From the IMG/VR virus record IMGVR_UViG_3300009155_000035: a DNA stretch of 64,000 nt; one strand, written 5' to 3'. The position numbers were made by a program, and so were the translations under genes. The notes under the pieces were generated by a model, which searched no databases, had not been told where the DNA came from, and saw nothing but the letters and a program-made list of their open reading frames with translations. Below are positions 29,286 through 37,744 of this stretch, piece by piece. The DNA comes from a virus. Taxonomy: Duplodnaviria; Caudoviricetes. Every line of letters begins with the position of its first letter. Position 1 is the stretch's first letter.

Positions 29286-30222
29286 ACTTGCGCATGTGCG
29301 ACCAGCACTGACCGCTTTCTAATTCGTCAAAGTTCCAATGACTCATGGCCAACCGATTGATCCAGGCTTGCCGATCGGGCATGTTGGGATTTTCAATAGT
29401 TGCCAGATCTGTGTTGGCAATGTCCCGACACTGACTGTTATCGGGGTCAGTGACAAAAATAGGATATCCTTCAATGGCAGCGCCCACCGTGGGACTAGAG
29501 TTATGATTCACCACAGCCCAGCAATTTTGTAAGTCATCCATCAATGTGGATTTGGCAACAGAAATAAAAACATCTTTTAACGTTATATTTGATCTTATTT
29601 GTTCAATATACTTTGCTGATTCTCGATCTCCGGGATGTGGGCGCACCATAATGGGTCTTGAAGAATATTTGCGTATAGTAGCAATAGTATTGGTAGCCCA
29701 CTCAATGACATCGGTTCCTTGCATGCTCCATCCACCATTGCGTTGTAAACACAGCAAGATATGATTGCCGTTTTCCCTATATGGTTTTAATTCTAAGCCA
29801 AGGTCAGTGGATATTTTGATCCATCTAGATGGGTCCACAACAGTGTCACAATAGTTTCCACTAGTGGGGAACACACCATCAAAACTGTAACGCAGGTAGT
29901 GCATGGGATTGTCTGTGTTTTTATACAGGAACAAACTACTGTCAATTACCACAACATGTTTGCCCTTGGCAAGTTGTCTAGCAATTATGTTTTTTCTGTT
30001 TTGCAAATGTGGAGAGCTTTTAGACTCTTGATGCACCCAACCCAGTATAACTGCCACATCACAATCAACATCTGCTCCTGGACCATCATACACAACAGAC
30101 CTGTCAATTTTGTTATGTACTACACCACGGTGGAATTTTTCTAATGCATCAGTTTTTTCTTTCTTTTTGTTTTTCTTGGGCAAACAATTTTTAAACGATA
30201 TAACAATGTATTGATTAGCCAT
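29278..30222 (-). CDS. KpsS/KpsC-like protein, paralog 2
   Basis: IMVRPHP, AVVNHNSSPTVGAAIEGYPIF, WINRLAMSHW. Confidence 0.55.
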   Translation of the reverse strand: MANQYIVISFKNCLPKKNKKKEKTDALEKFHRGVVHNKIDRSVVYDGPGADVDCDVAVILGWVHQESKSSPHLQNRKNIIARQLAKGKHVVVIDSSLFLYKNTDNPMHYLRYSFDGVFPTSGNYCDTVVDPSRWIKISTDLGLELKPYRENGNHILLCLQRNGGWSMQGTDVIEWATNTIATIRKYSSRPIMVRPHPGDRESAKYIEQIRSNITLKDVFISVAKSTLMDDLQNCWAVVNHNSSPTVGAAIEGYPIFVTDPDNSQCRDIANTDLATIENPNMPDRQAWINRLAMSHWNFDELESGQCWSHMRKFI

Positions 30223-31021
30223 TTATAATACTCCAAACCGAACCACGTGCTAGCTCTCTAACATGGAACTGACAGTATGCCAAGTGACACATCCAACTAT
30301 ATACCAAGTCAGAATCGGGCCAAAAAGGATTTTCAACAAGACTTAGATCTTTTGATGTTACTGAGTCGGCGGCATGAGTCGGCGACAGCGCAAATGCTGG
30401 AACCCCACTTAGCACTGCTTCAGTTGCTGAATTACTATTATAAGTTACCAAGGCATGAGCATCTTGTAATGCATGCGCTAAACTGTCTTGTATCATGCGC
30501 TGATTTTTATTTTTCACTCTACGACGAACAACAATTTCTCGATCAGTGTGCTGTTTTAATTCAGCAACAGTGCTATCAATCCAATCTTCAAGGTCAATTC
30601 CGTAATACTTGCATGGCTTCCCATCGGGCGCTGCCACAATTATTTTACTGCCATGATTTCTAGATGCAGGCTTATATCCCGGCAGCAACTGATTTAATCT
30701 ATCAGCTGGCCTTGTGCGCATTTCTGTGTGTTGCAAGCCATTTTTAACCACACGGTGCCAAAATTTGCGACCAAGTTGATTTTTTGGAGAAACAGTATTG
30801 CCTAGGTAACCAGAATCAACATAGTAAAAATCTCTACCAGCTGCTTGGCATTGATTCATTATTTTATATTTAAGGATACTGCGTAATACCACAGGATTGT
30901 TGTTGGCATCAAAATTAAATGTATTGGTGTTGGTTACAACACCACCAGCGGCAACGGCCAACATATTAATGTACTCATCCTCGCCATGGTCGCTTAGGTA
31001 CACAAAATTTTTTGGATCCAT
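30215..31021 (-). CDS. KpsS/KpsC-like protein, paralog 3
   Basis: IVVRRR, ALVTYNSNSATEAVLSGVPAF, WMCHLAYCQF; start moved to ATG 31021 (TAATG overlap). Confidence 0.55.
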   Translation of the reverse strand: MDPKNFVYLSDHGEDEYINMLAVAAGGVVTNTNTFNFDANNNPVVLRSILKYKIMNQCQAAGRDFYYVDSGYLGNTVSPKNQLGRKFWHRVVKNGLQHTEMRTRPADRLNQLLPGYKPASRNHGSKIIVAAPDGKPCKYYGIDLEDWIDSTVAELKQHTDREIVVRRRVKNKNQRMIQDSLAHALQDAHALVTYNSNSATEAVLSGVPAFALSPTHAADSVTSKDLSLVENPFWPDSDLVYSWMCHLAYCQFHVRELARGSVWSIING

Positions 31022-31701
31022 TATTTGTGTTGCAAACAGTAGTCTGCCAGCATGTGTTCGCGGTGCCACTCATCGCTTTGTGGTGTAGTAGCAAACTCAT
31101 GAAAGCATGGAGTGCCCAAGGTATAATGCAAGAGCTTGGCCGAGGGGTTTGGCCCGTATTCATCGGGCAACCAATTCCATTCTCGAGGCAGTTCACCAAT
31201 ACGCTCGTCATCTATCCACGAGAAGCGGTGGAGCTCACTGCCTGTGGATTTTTGGATGAACTCAGGAGTAAGTCGTCTGTTAGGCAAGCTATCACAATTC
31301 CACAGAATAACACTACTCCAATTTTTTCGAGGATAGTCTTCATTTTTTGCTCCAAGGTATTTTACAGGCATCTTTGTTTTGTAGTCATGTTTGACTACCA
31401 TGACATCCATGTAGGTATTTTGCAATCCCCACAGTTTACCAATGTCATCACGCACAATCATGTCACCGTCAATGAATATAGCCCAGCCGGTGTAGTCCAT
31501 CAGATGGGGCACTAAAAATCGACTGTAGATAAACTGATTGCTACCATCAGTGTGCGTTTCTGTGTAATCTTCAAATAAATTTAATGCTAAAGGAATTATA
31601 GCAACTGGCCTACTTGCATGACGAATGATACTGTTTGCACAGGTATGATATGCCACCGCTTCCCTGGGATCATAACCGATAAAGACTGGAATTGGTTTCA
31701 T
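31021..31701 (-). CDS. GT-A (GT8-like) glycosyltransferase
   Basis: VFIGYDPRE, STxF-like FIYSRFLVP, AIFIDGD, RKNWSS, LPREWN, LLHYTLGTP. Confidence 0.8.
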   Translation of the reverse strand: MKPIPVFIGYDPREAVAYHTCANSIIRHASRPVAIIPLALNLFEDYTETHTDGSNQFIYSRFLVPHLMDYTGWAIFIDGDMIVRDDIGKLWGLQNTYMDVMVVKHDYKTKMPVKYLGAKNEDYPRKNWSSVILWNCDSLPNRRLTPEFIQKSTGSELHRFSWIDDERIGELPREWNWLPDEYGPNPSAKLLHYTLGTPCFHEFATTPQSDEWHREHMLADYCLQHK

Positions 31702-32459
31702 TTTCTTTCAATATCTTCTTCAACACAGTTCTCGCCATATTGTATTTCAATTAGTCGAAGTGGCTGATCAGTTTCATTGCACAACATATGCCATTGGCCT
31801 TGCTTGATCCAAATATATTCATGCACTTTAAAATGTCCAATTAAGTCATGATCACTGGAATTGTTTAGAGTGTAAACGGCAGCTTCGCCTTCGGCAACAA
31901 ACCAAAACTCAGCACGTTGTTCATGACGTTGCATACTTAAACACGTCTTTGGCGCCACAGTTAGTTCTTTGAGCTTGGTGTTGGCCCCCACTTCATGTAA
32001 CACACGATAGTATCCCCAGGCACGAGTTGTACGGGGCTTCTTCCAATCTTCTAGTATCCAGCTGGAACTGTTCTTTTTGTCTTCACCACCAACACCAAAC
32101 ACAAACTCAATGTTAGAATCCTCTACGTCCATTTCTGGAATATTTTTTGCAGTGCGATCGCCACCGTTGGCAAACACCAGTTCAGCATCGGGATAGTGTG
32201 CGCGAACTTGATGTATAAAGGCCTTGGCTGAACCGTCACTGTCATCAAAAGTATAGACTTCGTCTACCATGGAAAGATTGTTTATCACACACAAACGCTC
32301 ATTCCATGGCATGAATGGCCGACCTTTTTTACGAGTCAGCCACTCATCGCTGTTGAGCCCTACAATTAACATGTCACCCAGAGTACGGGCAGTTTTGAAG
32401 TAGGCAATATGCCCAGAATGTACGGGATCAAACCCGCCGGTTACAAGTACGATTTTCAT
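31698..32459 (-). CDS. Cytidylyltransferase (HxGH) fused to cupin/MPI-type-2-like domain
   Basis: TGGFDPVHSGHI, GLNSD.WL.RKKG, FANGGDR, KKNSSS; C-terminal RAWG.Y..L, SMQRH..RAEFW, H.L.N, IEIQYG, EEDIER. Confidence 0.85.
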   Translation of the reverse strand: MKIVLVTGGFDPVHSGHIAYFKTARTLGDMLIVGLNSDEWLTRKKGRPFMPWNERLCVINNLSMVDEVYTFDDSDGSAKAFIHQVRAHYPDAELVFANGGDRTAKNIPEMDVEDSNIEFVFGVGGEDKKNSSSWILEDWKKPRTTRAWGYYRVLHEVGANTKLKELTVAPKTCLSMQRHEQRAEFWFVAEGEAAVYTLNNSSDHDLIGHFKVHEYIWIKQGQWHMLCNETDQPLRLIEIQYGENCVEEDIERK

Positions 32460-32500
32460 AATGATATTTATATGCTAATTTAACGGTAAATATCAAAGTC

Positions 32501-33226
32501 ATGTCTACTACCCCTATGTCAATTGATTGTGCTTGTCTCATACACGGCGATGTTTATGACTGGAGCTATGTTGAAAAGTTGTATTCAATGTTGCAACGAA
32601 ATTTTTCAGTGCCAGTTAACTTACATGTTTTTACCGAGGAGTCAAGATCAGTTCCGCCTCACATGATCAAACATGTATTGAAAGAATGGTCAGGCGTGGC
32701 TGGACCAAAAAAGGCCTGGTGGTACAAAATGCAGATGTTTGATAGAAACAACTTTGCCGGGCAATTATTGTATTTTGATCTGGATGTTGTTATAGTCAAT
32801 AGCCTAGATTGGATACTGCACCTGTCTCGCGATTATTTCTGGACCATACGCGATTTTCGATATTTGTGGAGACCAAATTGGGCTGGTATTAATTCCAGCG
32901 CAATGTACTGGGACACCAACAAGTTTCATCACATATGGAGAAGTTTTTGCAAGCAAGATCTTGCTGAAATAATGCGCACACATCCGGGAGATCAGGATTT
33001 TTTAAGTAATACCATTGGGGGAGATCAGCGTAGATTCTTCAAGGAAAAAACAGTATCTAGCTGGCGCTGGCAAATATTTGATGGGGGAATGGATATGCAG
33101 TCTAGATCTTATCGTAAACCTGGAGCAGGAGCTATCGTACCTCCCGAAACAAGTATCATAGTATTTCACGGAAGACCCAAACCGCTGGATATTAAAGATC
33201 AGTACATAATTAACAATTGGGCATAG
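32501..33226 (+). CDS. GT-A (GT8-like) glycosyltransferase
   Basis: Y...YVEKLYSML.RN, WWYKMQMF, LLYFDLDVVI, INSS, GDQDF, VFHGRPKP; TAAATA at 32487-32492. Confidence 0.8.
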   Translation: MSTTPMSIDCACLIHGDVYDWSYVEKLYSMLQRNFSVPVNLHVFTEESRSVPPHMIKHVLKEWSGVAGPKKAWWYKMQMFDRNNFAGQLLYFDLDVVIVNSLDWILHLSRDYFWTIRDFRYLWRPNWAGINSSAMYWDTNKFHHIWRSFCKQDLAEIMRTHPGDQDFLSNTIGGDQRRFFKEKTVSSWRWQIFDGGMDMQSRSYRKPGAGAIVPPETSIIVFHGRPKPLDIKDQYIINNWA

Positions 33227-33271
33227 ATAATTGTTCTGTTGGATAAATAACAATATGAAAAGGACCCAATC

Positions 33272-33934
33272 ATGGCCACACGTACATATCAATTAAATTG
33301 TAAAATTTGGGGAAATTCCAGCAACCCCGCCACCGTCACAGTTAACTACAATGGAAATCAAGTGTTTTCAAACACAGTTAGTACCATAGATGGCCCGTTG
33401 AACCCAGAAACACCCGAGGGTTTAAGTCCGTTGATTTACTGGACCACAGATACTGCAACTGACGTCGGCGGAGTGTTCCCAGTCAGCGTTACTATCCAAA
33501 ACGGCAACATGCTATTGCGTGACATCGTAGTTAATCAAATGTGGGCTGTTGACATATTTGATTTAGTTGCTGGTACATTGTGGCCAGCGCATGTACCTCA
33601 GACAGCAATGGAAGTTATTTCCGATTGGATCCAACTAACAGACGCAGATTTTGAAACCAAATATGGATTAACTAAAGCTGTGGCATACTCAGTGCAACGT
33701 CCGGAAGATCCGCCAGATCCAACCAAGCGTCTGAGATATGTTACAACCCAAAAATCAATTGAAGACAACTACCAGGTGCCTATGTTAGGCGATCATCTTG
33801 GCCAGGATCCAAGAAGCAACATTGAAATTGACGGAGTTCCGCAAGTTGTTGCCGCGCCGGGCGGGTATATCGTTTTACAAAACGGCGATACAGTGACCAT
33901 GACTTACACGGTTGATCTTCCACCTAATAGATAA
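33272..33934 (+). CDS. Hypothetical beta-rich, late-expressed protein
   Basis: 220 aa; TAAATA at 33244-33249 and AAGGA RBS. Confidence 0.5.
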   Translation: MATRTYQLNCKIWGNSSNPATVTVNYNGNQVFSNTVSTIDGPLNPETPEGLSPLIYWTTDTATDVGGVFPVSVTIQNGNMLLRDIVVNQMWAVDIFDLVAGTLWPAHVPQTAMEVISDWIQLTDADFETKYGLTKAVAYSVQRPEDPPDPTKRLRYVTTQKSIEDNYQVPMLGDHLGQDPRSNIEIDGVPQVVAAPGGYIVLQNGDTVTMTYTVDLPPNR

Positions 33935-33947
33935 TACCGAAATCTTC

Positions 33948-33977
33948 AAAAAACCCTACAAATCGTAGGGTTTTTTT
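33948..33977. terminator. Bidirectional rho-independent terminator
   Basis: AAAAAACCCTAC-aaatc-GTAGGGTTTTTTT. Confidence 0.8.
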
Positions 33978-34003
33978 GTGGCAAAAAAGCCACATTTTTA
34001 TGG

Positions 34004-34032
34004 TTGACCAGAAAATCCCAATTTGCTAAAAT
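34004..34032 (+). promoter_or_regulatory. Sigma70 early promoter P1
   Basis: TTGACC (34004-09), 17 bp, TAAAAT (34027-32) with TG extension. Confidence 0.75.
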
Positions 34033-34053
34033 TACAACATATTAGGAGTTAGC

Positions 34054-34188
34054 ATGTACAGATTAGATAATTCGTTGCTTTTTCGCAACATCCAAGCACT
34101 TGACAAATACCTGCAACAAAACCCTGGTAAAACTTTTGTAGTAGAGTACGTCACCAGTTACACACTAGGCGACCCCATGGAACAATAA
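34054..34188 (+). CDS. Small early protein, 44 aa (not in ORF track)
   Basis: MYRLDNSLLFRNIQALDKYLQQNPGKTFVVEYVTSYTLGDPMEQ; TAGGAG RBS; fills the space between two promoters. Confidence 0.65.
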   Translation: MYRLDNSLLFRNIQALDKYLQQNPGKTFVVEYVTSYTLGDPMEQ

Positions 34189-34190
34189 GG

Positions 34191-34219
34191 TTGACCAATA
34201 ATTCAACCCCTGCTATAAT
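34191..34219 (+). promoter_or_regulatory. Sigma70 early promoter P2
   Basis: TTGACC (34191-96), 17 bp, TATAAT (34214-19) with TG extension. Confidence 0.85.
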
Positions 34220-34248
34220 ACTTGTATAAACTAAAAAAGGAGCTAGCA

Positions 34249-35277
34249 ATGACTCAAGTTGTAATTCACAAAGGCACTTATCGCAATCAAAACGTGCGTG
34301 GTGTTGCATTTACTCTTGTTAAAGACTTTACAAAAGGCGCCCGTGGCGGCTTTGTAACTGTTAAAAGCGAGGGACATTTTGGTCCCGAATTTGACGTGGT
34401 GCGTGTCCGTGTTGACAGCATCGAGGATATTGAAATTGTTGGAGGAAACACTGTGACAGCCCAGACCAAGACTGTAGAGTTCAAGCACCCAGTACACATA
34501 GAGACTGAAGAAGAAGCCATGGATCGTATCCGTACTCGATTTGAAATACTAACAGAGATGACCAAGGCATGTACTGCCGGTGACATCCGTGCTATGATTG
34601 TGAGTGGCCCCCCTGGTGTGGGCAAGAGCTTTGGTGTAGAACAAGAAGTTGACAAGGCTTGCATGTTTGACAAAATTTCTGGCAAGCGTCTCCGCGCCGA
34701 AGTTGTTAAAGGTAGTGCCACCCCAATTGGCCTGTATCAAACTCTGTACAAGTATTCGGACCCTAACTGTGTCGTGGTATTTGACGACTGTGACAGCATC
34801 TTGCTGGATGACGTTGCACTAAACCTGCTCAAGGGTGCCTTGGATTCCGGCAAGAAGCGCAAGATTTCCTGGTTATCAGAGTCTAGTACTCTGCGCCGTG
34901 AAGGCATCCCGGATCAATTTGAGTTTAAAGGCAGTGTTATCTTTATTACAAACTTGAAGTTTGACACAATGAAGTCACAAAAATTGCGTGACCATTTGGA
35001 CGCTTTGCAAAGTCGTTGTCACTATCTGGATCTCACACTGGACACCATGCGTGACAAACTGTTGCGCATCAAACAAATTGCCCGGGATGGTGTGTTGTTC
35101 CAGGATTACGATTTTGAGCAGTATCAGCAAGATGCCATCTTGGAGTTTATGAACACCAACCAAGCTCGCTTGCGTGAGATGAGCCTGCGTATGGCTCTCA
35201 AGATTGCAGACCTAGTCAAGAGCTTCCCTGCAAAGTGGAGATTGATGGCTGAGACAACTTGCATGAAGAGTGCCTAA
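34249..35277 (+). CDS. AAA+/P-loop ATPase with N-terminal extension
   Basis: SGPPGVGKS Walker A, VVVFDDCD Walker B, FITN sensor, ALQSR arginine finger; RBS AAGGAG; start moved to 34249. Confidence 0.8.
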   Translation: MTQVVIHKGTYRNQNVRGVAFTLVKDFTKGARGGFVTVKSEGHFGPEFDVVRVRVDSIEDIEIVGGNTVTAQTKTVEFKHPVHIETEEEAMDRIRTRFEILTEMTKACTAGDIRAMIVSGPPGVGKSFGVEQEVDKACMFDKISGKRLRAEVVKGSATPIGLYQTLYKYSDPNCVVVFDDCDSILLDDVALNLLKGALDSGKKRKISWLSESSTLRREGIPDQFEFKGSVIFITNLKFDTMKSQKLRDHLDALQSRCHYLDLTLDTMRDKLLRIKQIARDGVLFQDYDFEQYQQDAILEFMNTNQARLREMSLRMALKIADLVKSFPAKWRLMAETTCMKSA

Positions 35278-35280
35278 TCT

Positions 35281-35478
35281 ATGCTAAAAGATAGACGAGT
35301 GCTCTTAGAGCAAGAACTTACACAGGCCCACGCAGAGGCCGCCATGTTGTACCTGGACATTGTCACACACGATGGTGACGTGGCCGATGTCAAATATCAG
35401 GCTCTTAAAGAAAAGATTTTGAATTTGCAGTTTGATCTCAATGTAGTAAATCAATTAATACACAAAGGACACAAATGA
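35281..35478 (+). CDS. Small hypothetical protein
   Basis: 65 aa, coiled-coil-like, operonic with the ATPase. Confidence 0.55.
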   Translation: MLKDRRVLLEQELTQAHAEAAMLYLDIVTHDGDVADVKYQALKEKILNLQFDLNVVNQLIHKGHK

Positions 35479-35600
35479 TAAAATATATTGCAAATAGAGA
35501 TAACACAATTCTTTATCCATGGGAGCCGGGTCTTCTAGAATGGTTGCAGGAGAATTATCCTTATTCTGGGTACTGTATCCGGGAGTTGGAACATGTTTGA
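35475..35600 (+). CDS. Small hypothetical protein, 41 aa (not in ORF track)
   Basis: MIKYIANRDNTILYPWEPGLLEWLQENYPYSGYCIRELEHV; ATGA overlap with the upstream ORF. Confidence 0.55.
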   Translation: MIKYIANRDNTILYPWEPGLLEWLQENYPYSGYCIRELEHV

Positions 35601-35700
35601 AATTTGGGATGGTCATGTTTATTTGTTTACAGTGACTACACAACATGAAGCTGACGAACAGGCAGCGGCAGGGTTTTTGGTCAAGCAAGTTGACATCTAG
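35593..35700 (+). CDS. Small hypothetical protein, 35 aa (not in ORF track)
   Basis: MFEIWDGHVYLFTVTTQHEADEQAAAGFLVKQVDI; 8-bp overlap with the upstream ORF, GGAG upstream. Confidence 0.5.
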   Translation: MFEIWDGHVYLFTVTTQHEADEQAAAGFLVKQVDI

Positions 35701-35719
35701 TAAGTAGTGTTATAGTTTC

Positions 35720-35791
35720 CGGATCATCGTTCTAAGTCTAGCTCCTAGATGATCCGTTTTAGAGGTACCTTTAAAAGGTACCTCTTTTTTT
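35720..35791 (+). ncRNA. Candidate small RNA with anti-SD seed
   Basis: Upstream TTGACA (35690-95) and TG-n-TATAGT (35711-16); stem CGGATCATC/GATGATCCG enclosing CTAGCTCCTA; then terminator; no + strand ORF. Confidence 0.55.
35761..35791 (+). terminator. Rho-independent terminator
   Basis: AGAGGTACCTT-taa-AAGGTACCTCT followed by T tract. Confidence 0.85.
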
Positions 35792-35810
35792 CTTGATTAA
35801 ATACAACATC

Positions 35811-36611
35811 ATGCACATCGTTTTTGCTGACGGCACTGACGTTGAAATTCATTTAACGTCCTCGCCAATACAGGTACCCATACAACGGATCTACAAGCAT
35901 CTACAGCACGTATCGTTGCCGTTTAGAGCTTGGGACGACCCTGCGTACCCGCACTCAATGCAGTACTCAGAATTAGTTGATTGCCTGTGCATCTATGCCA
36001 GCAAGGTTGGAATTCACGTTGACCGCCAACGTTGTTTGAAAAATGAGCAAGCGTATTTTAACCAACTACACCGGCTATATGAAATTGGTTATAATGGCAA
36101 CTCGGACTGGCTGGATTTTCATGAACACATACACATGTGTGAGCAGTACACGAAGGACAAAAAGCCCATGATGAGTTTGGACTACAGAGAAAAGTCTGGA
36201 CCATTAGAGCAAAAGTTCAAGTCAGACTGGACAGAGTTCATGGTCAATGTACTGCATCCTGGGGATGTATATGTGCCCTGGGCCGAGCTTGGCAAGAGCC
36301 CATATGACTACTGGGCTGATGGTGAACCCAACAACCTGTCTAGACTATGCGAGTTGGCCAAGCCTTGGCTTAAATTAAAACCCAAAATATGTGTTGCATT
36401 TGAACACATAGACAAAATGGAAAACGTTCGTGCAAATGAATTTGATTCATGGTGGAGTCATTATGAAAAACTCTGGTGCCAGCACTGGAATATCTCTGCC
36501 TGGACGGTGCAAAACATGCATGCATCAACCTTGATTGGGCGTACCGATCATGTAGCAATAAAGAACAAACTTTCACAAAAAATCTATCCAGTCAAAGTTG
36601 TACTAAAATGA
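35811..36611 (+). CDS. Hypothetical protein (accessory)
   Basis: About 266 aa from ATG 35811; TAAATA at 35798-35803. Confidence 0.5.
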   Translation: MHIVFADGTDVEIHLTSSPIQVPIQRIYKHLQHVSLPFRAWDDPAYPHSMQYSELVDCLCIYASKVGIHVDRQRCLKNEQAYFNQLHRLYEIGYNGNSDWLDFHEHIHMCEQYTKDKKPMMSLDYREKSGPLEQKFKSDWTEFMVNVLHPGDVYVPWAELGKSPYDYWADGEPNNLSRLCELAKPWLKLKPKICVAFEHIDKMENVRANEFDSWWSHYEKLWCQHWNISAWTVQNMHASTLIGRTDHVAIKNKLSQKIYPVKVVLK

Positions 36612-37744
36612 AATGGACTGTGATTATCAAAAATGGTCAGCAGGTAAATCTAACATTGGCCACCGTACTTTACGATAAATTTGGCACTCTTACAAAACAA
36701 TCTTACGTTGTATGTGATACCTGGGCTGATGGATTCACACAGGCTCAACAACAAGGATATGAATATGCATTGTTTGTTGACAGCGGTACTACCTTTAGAG
36801 ATTGGACTGAATGGTGTGCGTTAATTGATCATTATCCACAGCAAGGCCTTGTTGCGCACATAATTTGGCACCCCAATGGCGAACCGTATTTGCATGACCA
36901 ATGTTGGTTTATGTGCTTACAGGACTTTGCGTTAGATGACCTTGACAACAGCATAGTTGAATATGTACAGCCAGTTAGAAGTAGCACAAACATACATGAT
37001 GATTATACGCCCACTTGGATCAAACCCGGTGTTGGCACAACAGCGACTACTGGATTATTTGGACAGCGTATGATAGCAAAACAAATCAACAGAGGTTGTG
37101 CTGTGGTAAACTGGAACAATCATGCTAGAGACCTAAAGAAGTTTACGTATTCCAAGTCGCCGGATCTAACACAGTTTGCAGACTACATTGCCTTGGCTGA
37201 AAATCAGTTATGGATATTAAACAATGAGCCAGTACAATCTGCTAGCGTAGCCAATTTGGTAACACCGGGTTCAGGAATGTTTTGGGTGCTTAATGCCATT
37301 GATCCAACAACTGTCACAATACAAATTGTGGACATTAGCAAGGTGCAAGTGGAGTTTTGCCGGGCTCTTTGGCACTCCTGGACCGGTGAAGATTATGGCA
37401 GTTTTGCATGGCAATATATCAAACAAAACAATCTAGCGCATTACGAGCTTGATATTGCAAACATGTCTGACATTGAACGTTTAAAACTACGCAGTCCTGC
37501 AAGATTTGTTGAGTATGTAAATACACGGTTTTATTCTGCTGTGCCGGCCAACTTTGTAGAGCTTTGGCAAGCAGCCAAACAACAAGTGCATGTTGAGTTT
37601 AAGTGTGGCAACCTGGTTGAGTGGATCTTGGCCGGAAACAAATACGACAATGTTTGGTCATCGAACATATTAAATTACAAGTGGACCATGTTACATTGTT
37701 CTCAAGAACAAACCAACAGATACAAGGAACTAGTCAAATGTTAA
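36608..37744 (+). CDS. Hypothetical protein, possible GT-A-like N-terminus
   Basis: ATGA overlap; YEYALFVDSG DxD-like motif; start moved to 36608. Confidence 0.4.
   Translation: MKWTVIIKNGQQVNLTLATVLYDKFGTLTKQSYVVCDTWADGFTQAQQQGYEYALFVDSGTTFRDWTEWCALIDHYPQQGLVAHIIWHPNGEPYLHDQCWFMCLQDFALDDLDNSIVEYVQPVRSSTNIHDDYTPTWIKPGVGTTATTGLFGQRMIAKQINRGCAVVNWNNHARDLKKFTYSKSPDLTQFADYIALAENQLWILNNEPVQSASVANLVTPGSGMFWVLNAIDPTTVTIQIVDISKVQVEFCRALWHSWTGEDYGSFAWQYIKQNNLAHYELDIANMSDIERLKLRSPARFVEYVNTRFYSAVPANFVELWQAAKQQVHVEFKCGNLVEWILAGNKYDNVWSSNILNYKWTMLHCSQEQTNRYKELVKC

Noticed and set aside
35455-35688. Minus-strand 77-aa ORF from the track
   Set aside because: The same DNA is better explained by two + strand micro-ORFs chained by overlapping start/stop codons.
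35708-35760. Minus-strand AGGAG followed by ATG ATC CGG AAA CTA TAA (MIRKL) as an alternative explanation of the anti-SD sequence
   Set aside because: The SD-to-ATG distance is 14 nt, the ORF is only 5 codons, and the promoter and terminator polarity both point to a + strand transcript. It is not fully excluded.
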